Shown: positions 24,556-38,690 of the stretch, one piece after another
Layout: every line of letters starts with the position of its first letter
Position numbering within the stretch: position 1 is the first letter of the stretch
DNA from: Octopus bimaculoides
Taxonomy: Eukaryota
Assembly (NCBI RefSeq): GCF_001194135.2
Contig: NC_068990.1
Span: forward strand, 12,836,850-12,899,654
Direction of reading: 5' to 3'
Length of the DNA stretch: 62,805 nucleotides
Made by a program: the position numbers and the translations under genes
The notes under the pieces: generated by a model
What the model saw: only the letters and a program-made list of their open reading frames with translations
Told to the model about the DNA's origin: nothing
The model's database searches: none

Positions 24556-26559
24556 ATGACAAGGCAACAGAACAATGGAAGAAAAAATGTTTATAATAAA
24601 AAAAAAGAGTAATACATCAAACAGAAAATTCATACATGTGAAAATTAAAATACAGGTGTAAAATTGAAGTTAAGCACAGGTAATGAGATGATTATTATAA
24701 ATGACAAAACGTGGAAACATATTGGTAAACCAAAATTAATTAAATCTAAAAAGTTAATGTCTGGTCATAGAGTGACCAAAGGTTCAGCATATGTATGTGT
24801 GTGTTTGTGTGTGTGTGTGTTTGTGTGTCCTTTTGTTTTTAACATCAAATGATAGTTGCAAACAGGTGCCACTGTCAAATAAGTGACGTTGTCCATTTCC
24901 CGTCTTCCATGAAAATCTGTCTGATTGAGGGAAAATTATTATGCTGCTTGGCAATAGGACAGGGCTGCCAACATGAAGGTCATCTAGCTGTTAAAACATC
25001 TGCTCTGGCGTATTCTATCTGATCCAAGCAAGCATAAGAAAATAGAAGCTGAAATGCCAAAGACAACAATGCCAGTGGCAGCGATGACCTAAAAATCTAA
25101 GACTGTCTAAAACTCTAGAGAAACATTGAGCTGTTTGCTTTTCTGGCTTATAAAGTAACACTGAAAAGAATAGTTAACTTAACCTTGAATAGTGTATAGA
25201 TTTAAAACTACTTTTCTTAGCTGCAAAATTGGAAGTTTTTCACCTTTCATTACATTACTGTATAATACTATATTCTAAATCTGGCTTCCATTAGTCACAA
25301 TAAAATTAATATCAGAGATAGGTTATTTCAAAGTATCTGAGTGCTTAATACTTACATTGGTCTACATAAATTAATTTTTTTTTTTTTAATTGGCTATAGC
25401 CATTGAGTAGTGTTTTTAAGTAGTCTCATATATTTTCTCTTGATCTACTTTCTGAAAGAAAGAAAAAACCGAAAGAAAGAGAGAGAGAGAGAGAGAGAGG
25501 TGGGTAAATAACTATATCAGTCTCTGTAGTAAGAGTAGACAACTATGCTATTAATTTAGCTGCAAAAAGTCAAGCCAACGAGAACTGCGAGAGAACCACT
25601 TCAACTGCTAGAAATAGCAGTTAAACTTCCTTCAACTCATGCACTTCCATATTAGAAAAGAAATGAGACATTTTGAATAATGTAGTCCACCAGCATACTT
25701 CGAAACAGATGGGATTGTTATGGCTGGAATGGCCTTTGTTCATATATGTCTGCTTAATCGAAGTTGACCCTGGGCTAAACAACAACAACTACCTGGCAAT
25801 ATTTCAAGCATTCATGTTATGTCTTAAGCACTGCATTATAATCCTGGCAAAGCCACATAGCTCAAAATAGCTTTATCCAACTTGTAGAAAGAAGTACATA
25901 ACCCTACCACCGTTACCACCACCCATAGCCCCCATAAGCAGCAGAGATACAGTGTAAATTGTTAGCTGAACATGTCAAACCTGTCAGTTTGACATGTTCA
26001 ACTACAAAAACGTCCCATGGCTCTATCGATGGCCACAGAAAAGCACCTAGATGTGTCATCATCCTTTGAATTGTAAAACTAGACAGGAAAGGAAGTATTC
26101 TCCGATGCTCCAAATTCAATATGATGCCAAACGTTTTAACTGCGTTATAAAAAAAATAAATTGTATTTGTTCATTTAATGCTAAAGTTATATAAGTGCAA
26201 CAAATAACTTGGAAATCATTCGCTGCAAGTGTCAGGATCAAATGATACAGTTATTGGACTTTGGCCATGCTGGAGCACTCTCTTTCAGTCAACTGTATCA
26301 ATCTCAGGAAGTATTAAAATTTTCTTTGTAAATATATATTATGTCTTTCCACGACTTTACTTTTAAATGTACAATTTATATATATGTATATATATATATA
26401 TATTAAAATTAATCAAAGGACATACCAAGTATGTCTGCCTGCTGGAAACAACAGTCAAAACACTTATTTAAATCACTGAAAATACACTGGTTATAACTGT
26501 AGAAATCAACTGTCTGTGGGCAAATGGGCTAAGATAATCTCTCAACAAACATTCAAGTA

Positions 26560-27105
26560 TTTGGACTCACGTGGGCATGTGATATGATATATCAGATTTT
26601 TGCTTTTGCAGTTCATATTTGCATTCACCTTTAATTCTTTTCTATTCTTGATCTTTTTTGGCTGGTCCCTGTTCTATTAAATCACATGTCCCACATCTGG
26701 GGGTTTTCACATTTGGTAACTTGCATCATTTCTTCCTCTGATATGAATCTTGCTTTGGTTAGAAGTTTCTTAAGGTTTGGGGGCTTGCCTTTGGCTGTTG
26801 ATTATTTGTCAGAGATATGGGGACTGGTGTAGAGTTGGTAGAAGGTGTTTGGTTGTTTGTAGAATATTGTGAGTGATAACAAATGGGATATTTTTATGTT
26901 CCTTTTTCTGTTTATCCTCAGTGTGAGTGTTTTTTCTTCTTAGTGTAGAGACTGGGATACTTTTAGCTTCAGTTATCGCTTGGTTTATTAGTTTGGAGGG
27001 GTATTTTTGTTTTTGCTTTTTAAGGATCAAGTTAAGTTCTACAAGTTATCTTTCTCTTCTATTTGTCTCTGAAACTGCTGTACATATTCGTCTTGCATCA
27101 TCATT
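26560..27105 (-). mobile_element. Penelope-like element fragment (RT thumb, linker, Zn-knuckle and start of GIY-YIG endonuclease), decayed
   Basis: Minus strand, with frameshifts: ARRICTAVSE...LVELNLIL...YPSKLINQAITEAKSIP...IPFVITHN / RQAPNLKKLLTKARF...KCENPRCGTCDLI...NMNCKSKNLIYHITCP. Confidence 0.85.
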
Positions 27106-28829
27106 TTTTAATATCTGTTTTTCATGCTGGTAAGAGTTGGATGGTTTGACAGACTAAGCTAACCTGCAGGGCTATGCCAAGCTCCACTGTCAGCCCTGGC
27201 ATGGTCTCTATGGCTGGATACCTTTCCTAATGCCAACTGTTTTACAACGTTACAATGTGTACTGGCTGCTTTTTCTGTCATGCCACCAACACCAGTGAAG
27301 TTTCCAAGTAAATTGCAAGAGAGAACAGGAATAAAGGGGTAAAATCTCCTGCTACTGGATCATGAGGTGTATTCAAGGTGATGGGGAGAGATTGCTTAAT
27401 ATATTTGTGTGCGTGTGTATAATATACGTAAAATGTAAAATACATATAGCATAACTCTATTTTTAAGCACACTGCATGTAAATGATTCTATGTGAAAAGT
27501 TATATATTATGTGCAGTTGAATTTATCAGAATTGCACTTCATATGACTTGCATTAAATTGTACATCTTTGAATTGTGAAAAAATATGTATTTCATGTTAC
27601 TTATCTAGGGATACCAGAGGACAATGTGTACAAAAATAATAATGATGAAAAATGATAAAAATAATTCGATCAGACTAAAATTTGAGAAAATTTGTGTAAA
27701 CTTCATATTCTTGTATGTGTTTAACCTTCAGAATCAAGCATGAAAAAGTAAATTCAGAAGAGAGCTATTGTAATATTTGTGATAGGAATTTACAATATGA
27801 CAAGATATTTCTTTATGAAAGCTCAATGAAGTAGAAAGAATTCAAATTTTCTGTTATGATGATATATAAATATATAAAGATAGTTTTGTAACAACACATG
27901 TACATTAATATGTTCTTGAGAAACATATTAAAATGATTCTATTTCTTTCAAATATATTTATGACAAAAATGTCATTTTGCATTTCACCTTCTTTTATGGA
28001 ATAAAACGGAATATCCATGTACTTTATTTGAAACATTTTTAACAAAAGAAATTATGTATATTTTTTTTTTATCTCTTGGGGGTCACCCATATAGAAGAGC
28101 AATATCATATATTTGTCTTTTATTATGAGTACATTTCTTATGAATGTGATGGAATTTAAATGTTTAATGTGTTGTTTTATTGCTAGCAGGAAGTGTAAAA
28201 ATGTATTGTTTCCCATATGTATTATTTTCCTGTTGTTATGTATTATTTAACAATTAAAAGCATGTTTAAACACATTTCCTTTTGGATGTGTTTTGATTTT
28301 TTTTTTCTTTGTCATCTTAAATAAATATGTCTTTGTCATTTAAGCAATGAAAATTTCATATTATTAATAATTTCATTGTCATATTCAAACTGAGAATGAA
28401 AAGCAAGAGAATAAATATTTGAGTAGCTTAAAATTTTCTAGCTACAAATTTGAGTAAGATTTATTACATATTCCCATTGGTTACAATAAAGTTCTTAGAA
28501 GTTCCTCAAACATTCCATGTAGTAATCTCTGTTTAATAAATATGAATCATTTTTCACACATGCTTTCTTCAACTTCAAATTGTTTTATGGTTTGCATGCT
28601 GTGGTATAAATTTGCTATATATAAAAGTATGCATAATTACAATGGCCATGATGATAATTCAATCATACAAAAAGTTTCTGTTAGGTCGTCAGATAAATTT
28701 CTTCATTTTTTTAAAACTTTCATTTAAATTCTCTCAAGTGTTATATCAATTCACACAAAAAGTAGTTTTATCAGAGAGTTTCTTTTTATGAGAAAATCCC
28801 AAAATATAGTTTAAGGAACTATGAAGAAG

Positions 28830-29255
28830 GAGAAATTATGACAAAAAGAATTAATTTAAATCAGGTTTGAAAGGGTTCAGGTTATAAGAACAAGGAAGAG
28901 GGTTCCAAATTCTGACAGGTCAAGAAAACAACGCAACGAACATTGAAAGACTTATTCATGGAAGCACATCAGCATTTGGATGAAGATGTGAGTTTCAAAT
29001 CAGGAAGAATAGCACAAAGTGATGGGGAATTAAGAGAGAAAGTTCATCTGAAAACTTCCTGTGGCAATAACAATAGAAAAAACTAAGACTAGTAGCATCA
29101 CATCGATGTGACAAGGGTTGCAGAGTTGAAACAAGAGAGCAACCAATCAAATTAGAGACTTGCTTCTAAACTCATTTGAAGAGACCCAAGTGACAAGATC
29201 ATGCAGCAGCCCAAATATGACAATAGTATTCCATACAAGGATGAACTGGGTTTTT
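28830..29255 (-). mobile_element. CR1/Jockey-group LINE 3' fragment, decayed
   Basis: Minus strand: VHPCMEYYCHIWAAA*...LQPLSHRCDATSLSFFYCYCHRKFSDELSLLIP, followed by a remnant of the FF....WN.LP motif. Confidence 0.75.
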
Positions 29256-29298
29256 GTATCTCTGTTCTTCCTCTACAAATATTACTCATCGTTTTTAA

Positions 29299-29523
29299 CC
29301 CTTTAGTATTCAGATTATTCTGCCAAATGTAATGCTTATATAATCAAATTGTTTTGAATTAATCATGCAAAGACATCGTAGTATTGAAATTTTGAGTATG
29401 TGATTGTAGGATAAGTGTGCAAATGACATTGTAGGATAAGTGTGCAAAGCCAGATCTGGCCAGTTTGTACATAAAACAGGTAGAATATTTGGGCCAGATA
29501 TGGTTGGTTTAAATGCTAAAGGG
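29299..29523. mobile_element. piggyBac-type MITE, second family, 150 nt upstream of exon 3
   Basis: TTAA at 29295-29298 and 29524-29527, TIR CCCTTTAG(T/C)ATT, and an internal 21-bp duplication at 29403-29423 and 29428-29448. Confidence 0.85.
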
Positions 29524-29675
29524 TTAAATTTGAATCACTTCTAATTTTTTTTCATCATATGATGATGGACTGCCAAGTAAGAAAAAAAAAATGAACAAAA
29601 TTATCTGACTGCCCAATATTTCTGTACTGATATTATAGTATCTCTTTTCTTTTCTTTTTTCTTCCTCCCATATAG

Positions 29676-29886
29676 ATTATAACATCCCAGGCGAAGCAAT
29701 CAAAGATGGTGTGTGCAGTTTTTTGTATGATAGTAAGAAAACTAAAGAGGGATCATTCAACTCCCCTCGACATCCTGGCCTTTATTTTATCAACCTTGAT
29801 TGTATTTATATTTTCCGAGGAAAATCAGACGAAAAGATTGCAATTTCCTTTGAGGTATTCAACTTACCCAACAATGATCCTTTGAC
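29676..29886 (+). CDS. sol-1: Internal coding exon of the SOL-1-like protein; linker plus N-terminal half of the next CUB domain (not in the ORF track)
   Basis: Long polypyrimidine tract 29641-29670, AG at 29674-29675 and donor GTAAGT at 29887. 211 nt, phase 1 to phase 2. G+AT gives Asp, then YNIPGEAIKDGVCSFLYDSKKTKEGSFNSPRHPGLYFINLDCIYIFRGKSDEKIAISFEVFNLPNNDPL. This matches the SOL-1-type Y.IPG....G.CSF.Y.S.....G.FNSPR.P pattern. Confidence 0.92.
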
Positions 29887-29952
29887 GTAAGTTGGCTTTT
29901 ATTACTCACAAAAAAATTATCCTCTAAACAAAAACAAAACCAAAAAAAAGAC

Positions 29953-30118
29953 ATGAGCAAGAGTGGCTGTGTGGTAAGTAGCTTGCTTACCAACCACATG
30001 GTTCCAGGTTCAGTCCCACTGTGTGGCACCTTGGGCACGTGTCTTCCACTATAGCCTCAGGCCGACCAAAGCCTTGTGAGTGAATTTGGTAGACAGAAAC
30101 TGAAAGAGGCCCATCGTA

Positions 30119-30193
<75 letters not shown>

Positions 30194-30402
30194 TTGTGTG
30201 TCTGTGTTTGTCCCCCCAACATCGCTTGACAACTGATGCTGGTGTGTTTACCTACCCGTAACTTAGCAGTTCGGCAAAAGAGAATGATAGAATAAGTACT
30301 AGGCTTCCAAAGACTAAGTCCTGGGGTCGATTTGCTCGACAAAAGGCGGTGCTCCAGCATGGCCACATTCAAATGACTGAAACAAGTAAAAGAGTAAAAG
30401 AG
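29953..30402 (+). mobile_element. SINE family A, full length, about 65 nt downstream of the exon-3 donor
   Basis: High identity to the other family A copies, with a long central (TA)n. Confidence 0.9.
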
Positions 30403-30875
30403 TGATGACTGTGTGGTTAAGAAGTTTGCTTTGCAGCCATGTAGTGCTGGGTTCAGTTCCACCATGCAGCACCTTGGACAAGTGTCTTCTACTATTGCCT
30501 CAGGTCAACCAATACCTTATAAAGGCATTTGGTAGATGGAAATAGTGGAAGCCCATTATATATACATACGTGTATATGTGTGTATAAATATAGCATCATC
30601 ATCAACATCTTCATCATTTAGCATCTGCTTTCCATGTTAGCATACATTGGACAGTTTGACTGAAAGCTGGTAAGCTGAAGAGCTATACCAAATTCCAATC
30701 TGCTTTGGCATGGTTTCTACAACTGGATGCCCTTCCTAATTCCAACCACTCCAAGTGTGTATTGGGTAACTTTTACGTGCCACCAGAATCAGCTACAACT
30801 ATGATTTCACTTGGCTTGACAAGTCTACTCAAGCACAACATATCACTAAAGGTCTCAGTCACTCATGGTTTTCCT

Positions 30876-30955
<80 letters not shown>

Positions 30956-32328
30956 CATTATTCAGTTTATTTCAAGATTTCTTGCTAATAGAGAAAGATC
31001 CAAGGTTCCTTCATTGGAATTTCAACATCAACAACAGGGTATTTTTGTATGTATGTATGTATATATGTATGCATGTATGTATGAATATATGTATGTACGT
31101 ATGTATCTATACATGTGTGTTTTTGTGTTTATGTTTGTCTTCCCACTCACTGCTTGACAACTGGTGTTGGTTTGTTTACATTCCTACAACTTGGAGGTTC
31201 AGTAAAAGTGACAAATAGAATAAGCAGCTGACCACACATCAATTAAGCACTGAGGCTGATTTATCCAACTATATCCCTTTGCAGTGGTGCCCCAGCACGG
31301 CCACAGTCCAATTAACAAAACAAATAATAAGTAAAAAAAAGTATAAAAGCATAAGTCACTGGCTAAATATTATAACAAATAATAACCTTATACTTTCTTG
31401 CTGCTTAGAAAAATCAATCAACTTTACACACGACAGCAAAACCTCATGATAGGTTAAAATAGATTTAGCAGTTTTTATTAAAGAACATTGCTTTGCAAAT
31501 GACACCCGCTTATATTTCAGAAGACAATTATTATTTAGGAACATATATATTTCTGTAGAGAAATTTTGTCTCAAGTTGACTCCAATATGAAAATAGATCA
31601 TTTTACAGAAAGCAACAAAATAAATGAAGTTAAATAGTCATCTAATACTGCTCTTAAATTAATAAATGTATCTTCCCCGTGGAATCTGTCCAAATAGTCA
31701 TATTGTATATAATAATACACAGAGGGGAAAATGAGATCAAATTCATATCTATGAATATCCAGAGACATGAAAATAATCTTACTGTAACTGAAATACGGTA
31801 TGGTAAGATATACTCTTGTGCCCACACTATATGCATACATATGTGGATGTAAACATACACGAATGCATGTAAGCATGTCATCATCATCATCATCATCATC
31901 TTTATTTAATGTCCGCTTTCCATTCTAGCATGGGTTGGGATGGTTTGACTGAGGACTGGTGAGCCAGGAGGCTGCACCAAGCTCCAGTCTGATTTGGCAA
32001 GTTTTCTACATCTGGATGCCCTTCCTAATGCCAACCACTGTGAAAGTGTAGTGGGTGCTTTTTATGTGCCATCAGTGTGGAAGCCAGTCAGGTGGCACTG
32101 GAATTGTTTCTCTCTCTATGTCTGTGTGTGTGTGCATGTACACACACACACACGTGAGTATGTGTGAATGCACATATATGTATATGTTTATATAACCAAG
32201 CTGAGAAACTCAGTGTAACATAACTTACCACACTGACTAGTAAACAAGCTACAAGCTACATAGTAAGCATGCCCTTACTAGGTATACATACATATGTACA
32301 TACATACACACACATATGTATGTAAGTA

Positions 32329-32380
<52 letters not shown>

Positions 32381-32893
32381 NNNNNNNNNNNNNNNNNNNN
32401 NNNNNNNNNNNNNNNNNNNNNNNNNNNNNNNNNNNNNNNNNNNNNNNNNNNNNNNNNNNNNNNNNNNNNNNNNNNNNNNNNNNNNNNNNNNNNNNNNNNN
32501 NNNNNNNNNNNNNNNNNNNNNNNNNNNNNNNNNNNNNNNNNNNNNNNNNNNNNNNNNNNNNNNNNNNNNNNNNNNNNNNNNNNNNNNNNNNNNNNNNNNN
32601 NNNNNNNNNNNNNNNNNNNNNNNNNNNNNNNNNNNNNNNNNNNNNNNNNNNNNNNNNNNNNNNNNNNNNNNNNNNNNNNNNNNNNNNNNNNNNNNNNNNN
32701 NNNNNNNNNNNNNNNNNNNNNNNNNNNNNNNNNNNNNNNNNNNNNNNNNNNNNNNNNNNNNNNNNNNNNNNNNNNNNNNNNNNNNNNNNNNNNNNNNNNN
32801 NNNNNNNNNNNNNNNNNNNNNNNNNNNNNNNNNNNNNNNNNNNNNNNNNNNNNNNNNNNNNNNNNNNNNNNNNNNNNNNNNNNNNNNNNNNNN

Positions 32894-32937
<44 letters not shown>

Positions 32938-35293
32938 TCAATTGTGCAAACAACATGAAATGCGTAAACAACAAGAGGAAAAAAATGGAAAACGGGACAA
33001 GGAAACACAGAGAAATTACCCTTCATCAGTTGTCGGCTGTCTAACTCCTCCTCATTTCAAGCCTTCAATGACAATATGAGTCTTCAAAGACAGTTGCTCC
33101 CATAAATTCTCAAAGAAAATTTAGGATTTATGGAGGGTAAAACTGGGAACAAAAACAGGACAGTGGAGACACACACACACACACATAAACATCATATCAT
33201 GTATGATTTTTTCCTGTACTTGGATGGGTTGGACTGACATCTTTACACAACTTTCATTCTTCATCTGCATCACAGACCCTTACCATTGCAGTCCACATTA
33301 TAGCTTATTTATCTTCTACTCAGTTTTTGTCTCAACTCATTTATGCTCTTCCATTCATTTATACTAACACTACACATCCAATAGACCATGCTTGCTTCAT
33401 ATAAATAGATACACATGCACACTTCACAGCTGCTACCACGATTATTGCCCTCCCCTCTGGTATTAAAGTATTTAGAAGATTAGCAACTATCTACTGATCA
33501 CTTATTAAATGCTCTTACTCTATATTATGATCATTAGAGTATATTTTCCTATTCTCAACAGGGAGTCTAACCAGAAATATCTTAGTCAACTCATCATTAA
33601 ATATCATATGAGGTACTGGGTTTAATAAACACCTGATATTGGTATCTGTTAGGCTTCTTTATGCAAGCAACTCTGGCTGGAAACCATAATCAAATCCTTG
33701 TTAGTACTGCTTATGCTTTTACTCATGCCAGTTGTAGTAGAAGGCACTTGCTCAACATGAAATTAGATCCAGAACCATATGTTTGAGAAGCAATCTTCTT
33801 ACCACACAGCTATGCCGGTACCTGTAGCATGCAAGTGCTTAGAGTTGTCGAAAAACTACACACAAGCCACCTGTGATCGAACAGAATGCACTCATTGCTT
33901 GGTTACTACATAATATCCCTGTCACCAACGTTCCCTCTAATCCTTCACTGTGGATGTGTACAGAAGTTTGCTTTTGTGCAAATGTCGTCTTTATTTGCAA
34001 AGTATGTGCACATCCATGCGAGTAACCCTCTTCAATTAAAAAAAAAATTTGATTTCATCTTGTAAAGCCTGGATGCACACCTTTTTCTCTTTTGTGTACC
34101 AATTGTAAAACATGTGCATGCATGCACAAGCACACAACTTGAAGGGAACACTACCTTACTACTCATAACAAAGGTTTCTTGGTTTCTTTTATTAGCTGAA
34201 AGCAATAAGGAACAAGGAGATATAGGCAATTTAATGAAATACAATTCATGAGTGCTGTTTATTTTATCCACTTTCAATGGATGAAAGGCGAAGTCAGAAC
34301 AAGTTGAAATCAAACTCAAGAAGATGGATGGAACTAAATACTCAAATGCATATACATAATAATAGTCTTTCTCACATAAATCTGAGGAGGTGGAGGTTGT
34401 TTTGTTTTTTGAACTAGGAAATACCATTTTCAAAACAATAGAAGATGTAAAGGAAGTGAATTAAGTAGCACTAGGAGATAAAACCATGCCATATCCACTG
34501 TTCATATGGAACGACTACTGCATCTCACAAAAAAAATGCATTGCTAATAGAAACCACCAGTTTATTGACAACAATGATATCACCTCCTCCTCTTCCTCCT
34601 TTTATTCTTGTTGTTGTTGTTCTGGTTGGTGCAACACAAGGTTATTTAGCTGCTGTGAAAAGCAGTTGGGTTTTCTACTGGGTTTCCTAGTCCTTTCTTT
34701 GTCCCTGCCATATATTCATAATTGTCACATGTTTTGTAATGTATTTTTGTTTTTTCTTCTACATGATGTAATGTTCTATCTAAAAATGTTCATATTTGTG
34801 CATGTCTACACACATGCAACACATACACATACACACACGTACACATACATTCACACACAAATATACATTCTTATATACACAAGTATTAGCATACATACAC
34901 ATGGTTGCATGCATATATGTATGTGTGTATGAGTGTATGTATTAGTGGCATTTTCTCCATTAATACAAGGCATGCATTCTAAATTATTTTTATATAGACA
35001 GTTTGAAAAGAGTATATGCATATGTATATATATACATATATACATTACATACACAGGTACATATTTGTATATGCACCCTTTTGTTCTATGGTTTTGATTT
35101 TTAAAATTGCATTCTGATGTAGATAAATACACACATGAATACATATATATGTATATGCATATCATATAGTGATACCTAAGGCATCATCAACTCATCAGGA
35201 AAGTGTCTGCCAGGAGACTCTCCTCTTTTTATTTTTTCTGCACACTGAAAGTATAGATGAAATATGTTTGTATTTTTATTACATTATCACAAC

Positions 35294-35394
<101 letters not shown>

Positions 35395-35694
35395 CAACAA
35401 TAGTGATTATGGTAATAATAATATAAATAACAGGCAGCAGATTAAATTCTTTAACACTTTAGATATAATACATTATAATATTTACTTATGTGCTGTTCCA
35501 AGTTCAAATTCTAACATAGTCACCTTTCTTTTGCATAATTCAAGTGTTAAGAAAATAATTGCTAATGAAGTTTGTGAAGTACTAACATTAAGATAATCAC
35601 ATGCTCTCTATTAAAACACGTGACCTTGTGCTTATATTTCAAAAAAGAAGAAATGCGATGAAATAAATCATTACTATTATTATCCTTATTACAA

Positions 35695-35915
35695 AGGTAG
35701 CAAACTGGTAGAATCGTTAGGGTGCTGGAAGAAAAGTTTAGCAGTATTTTGCCTGTCGCTACATCATGGGTTCAAATTCCACCAAGGTTGACTTTGCCTT
35801 TCATCTTTTCAGGGTCAATAAATTAAGTACCAGTGAAACACTGGGGTCGATGTAATCGACTAGTCCCCTCCCCACAAATTTCAAGCCTTGTGCCTATAAT
35901 AGAAAGGATAATTAT
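35695..35915 (+). mobile_element. tRNA-derived SINE, family B. Other copies: 18171-18352 (-), 35925-36131 plus 36472-36500 (+), 37195-37400 (-), 41735-41880 (+), 52430-52615 (+), 53300-53520 (+), 53635-53850 (-), 53870-54075 (-)
   Basis: B-box-like gagttcaaattc followed by gtcgactttgcctttcatc.tttc.gggtc.ataaa.taagtacc, usually ending gccttgtgcctataatagaaagg-(att)n. Confidence 0.85.
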
Positions 35916-36131
35916 TATTATTACAAAGGTGGTGAGTTGGCAGAATCATTAACATGCTGGCTAAAATGCTTAGCTGTATTTCAACCATCTTTACATTCTG
36001 AGTTCAAATTTCACCGGGGTCGACTTTGTCTTTTTTCCTTTCAGGGTCAATAAAATAAGTACCAGCTGAGTATTGGGGCTAATGAAATCAATTAACCTCC
36101 TTCCCCAAATTTCTGACCTTATGCCTATAGT

Positions 36132-36471
36132 GAAGGCACATGGCTCAGGGATTAGAGCGTTGAACTTGCAATCGTGAGGTTGTGAGTTTGAATCACGGAC
36201 TGGGTTGTGTGTTGTGTTCTTGAGCAAGACACTTTATTTCATGTTGCTCCAGTTCACTCAGCTGTAGAAATGAATTGCAACGTCACAGGTGCCAAGCTGT
36301 ATCGGCCCCTTTGCCTTTGCCTTGGATAACACTGGTGGTGTGGAGAGGGGATGCCGGTATGCATGGGTGACTGCTGGTCTTCCATAAACAACCTTGCCTG
36401 GACTTGTGCCTGGGAGGGTGACTTTCTAGGTGCAATCCCATGGTCAGTCATGACCGAAGGGGGTTTCAGCA
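36132..36471 (+). mobile_element. tRNA-derived SINE (head type B with CORE-like block) nested in a family B copy
   Basis: A-box-like tggctcaggg and B-box-like gagtttgaatc, then tgttcttgagcaagacacttt. 9-bp TSD GCCTATAGT at 36123-36131 and 36472-36480. Confidence 0.85.
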
Positions 36472-37905
36472 GCCTATAGTAGAAAGGATTATTATTATCA
36501 CTAGCTGGCCCCGTGCTGTCAAAAATGACAGTTAACTGTAGTATTTTGTATATAAATATGGATGGTAAATCAAATTAATACATTTGTCAATGTTCACATA
36601 CATTCACATACTTCCATTGTACATGCACACACATTAACACACGTACTCACACAGAGTTGAAATGTTGTTTGATTTTTTTTTTCAGCATTGAATGTTCACC
36701 ATCCCACCATCCCACCAGTTTGCCATCACCTCTTCCTTCCTAATTTATCCACACCCTTTCTTTTCTCATTCATATGTTGTGATGGAGAAAAACACAAGAG
36801 TATTATCATAGCAGATTATTATTATTACATTGTAAGAGAGTTGCCCAAAATACTTTGAAGCATGTGCTCCAAATTATTACATAAGGAGTTCGAACCCCAC
36901 ACCAAGGTCATCTTTACATTTTGCCCCTCCAGGGTTGACAATATGACATTAATGTATCAGTCAAATACTGGATCCATTTTCTTCAGTAATTCCCTCCCCT
37001 GAAATTTCAAGCTGTCTGTCTCTAACATAAATGATTATTGTTGTTAGTAGAGATGGCGGCGGTGGTGGCGGTGGTGGTGGTGGTGGTGGTGGTAGTAGTA
37101 GTAGTGGTGGTAGTAGTAGTAGTAGTTGTTGTTGTTGGTGCTGCTGCTGCTGCTGTTGTTGTTGTTGTTGTTGTTGCGGTGGCGGTGGTAAATATTAGTT
37201 TCAAATTTTGGCACATGGCCAGTAAGTTCATGGGAGTGTGTAACCCCCAGTGTTCAACTGTTACTTATTTTATCGATCACAAATGGATAAAAATCAACGC
37301 TGCCCTCGGCAGAATTTGAACTCAGAATGTAATGACAGACGAAATGCCACAGAGCATTTTGCCCAGCATGCCGACGATTCTGCCAACTCACCACCTTACC
37401 AGCAGCAGCAGCAGTAGTAGTAGTAGTAGTAGTAGTGATTGGTCTTTCATTGGTGTCTAGCTATTGTTATTTAACCCCAGGTTAATCACAATTTAGTAAA
37501 CCTATGACCAAAAGCATTCTATTCTGTCCTTTTAGGATCATCTCGGACACTGTTACCCAGTGTGATGTGTCCTTCCTTGCTTATGACAGTGGGGTGGTAT
37601 TGGTGGTGGGGGCTGCTGTCATTTGAGTGACCATGAAGAGGCTCATCCACCTACTAGTAATAGTAGCATCTGCAGCAATAGAAGCAGCAGAGATTTCCAG
37701 GAACTATTTATTACATAGCAGTTCCATAGTTGTTATAGATTGTTACATTTTGTGTACTGCAACAGTTCTGTGCTGTGATAGCTGGTAGTTGCCACTGTTT
37801 TCAGTGAAGATGTGTTTTGTTTGTTGTTTGTGCATTTGTGTGTGTGTGTGTACAGAGATAGTTATAAACATAGGAGTAAACAAGGAAGAACAGTATTATC
37901 ATACA

Positions 37906-38012
<107 letters not shown>

Positions 38013-38690
38013 TTATATATATATCTGTGTGTATATGCATAAATATACATGTATTTGTGGCTGTGTGTGTACAGAGGTGTAAATATGAATAAACAAGGAG
38101 AAAAAGTCTAATCATAAATGATTTTATATATATATATACATACATACATATCTGAGTGTGTGTATATTCATGTCTATGTGTGTGTATATGCTTGTATATG
38201 TATGTGTGCATTGATAGTTGTAGGCACATGAGTAAACAAACAGAAAAAAAAAGTTTTATCATATAAGTGTATATATATGCATATACAGATGGCTGTGTGT
38301 GTACACTTAGCTGTGAATATCTGTAAGCAAGCAAAAAAATGTGTCATCATATATGTGTATACATATCTGTGTGTGTGTGTTTTAATATACTTAGTTAAGA
38401 TTTAAGTATATTCACAAGCCCAGCATAAAATGGAGAAAAAGATGAGGGAGCACATACTTGAATAGCATTCAACCATGATACCATTATACCAAATTGACAT
38501 CCCATTCCACTATCAAATTTAGCACAAAGTAAGGAGGCGTGGTTGTGTGGTAAGAAGTTTGTTTTCCAATCACATGATTCTGGGTTTAGTTCCATTCTAT
38601 GGTACCTTGAGCAAGTGTTTTCTGCTATAGCCTTGGGCTGATCAAAGCCTTGTGAATTTGGTAGATGGAAACTAAAAGAAACCTATCATA

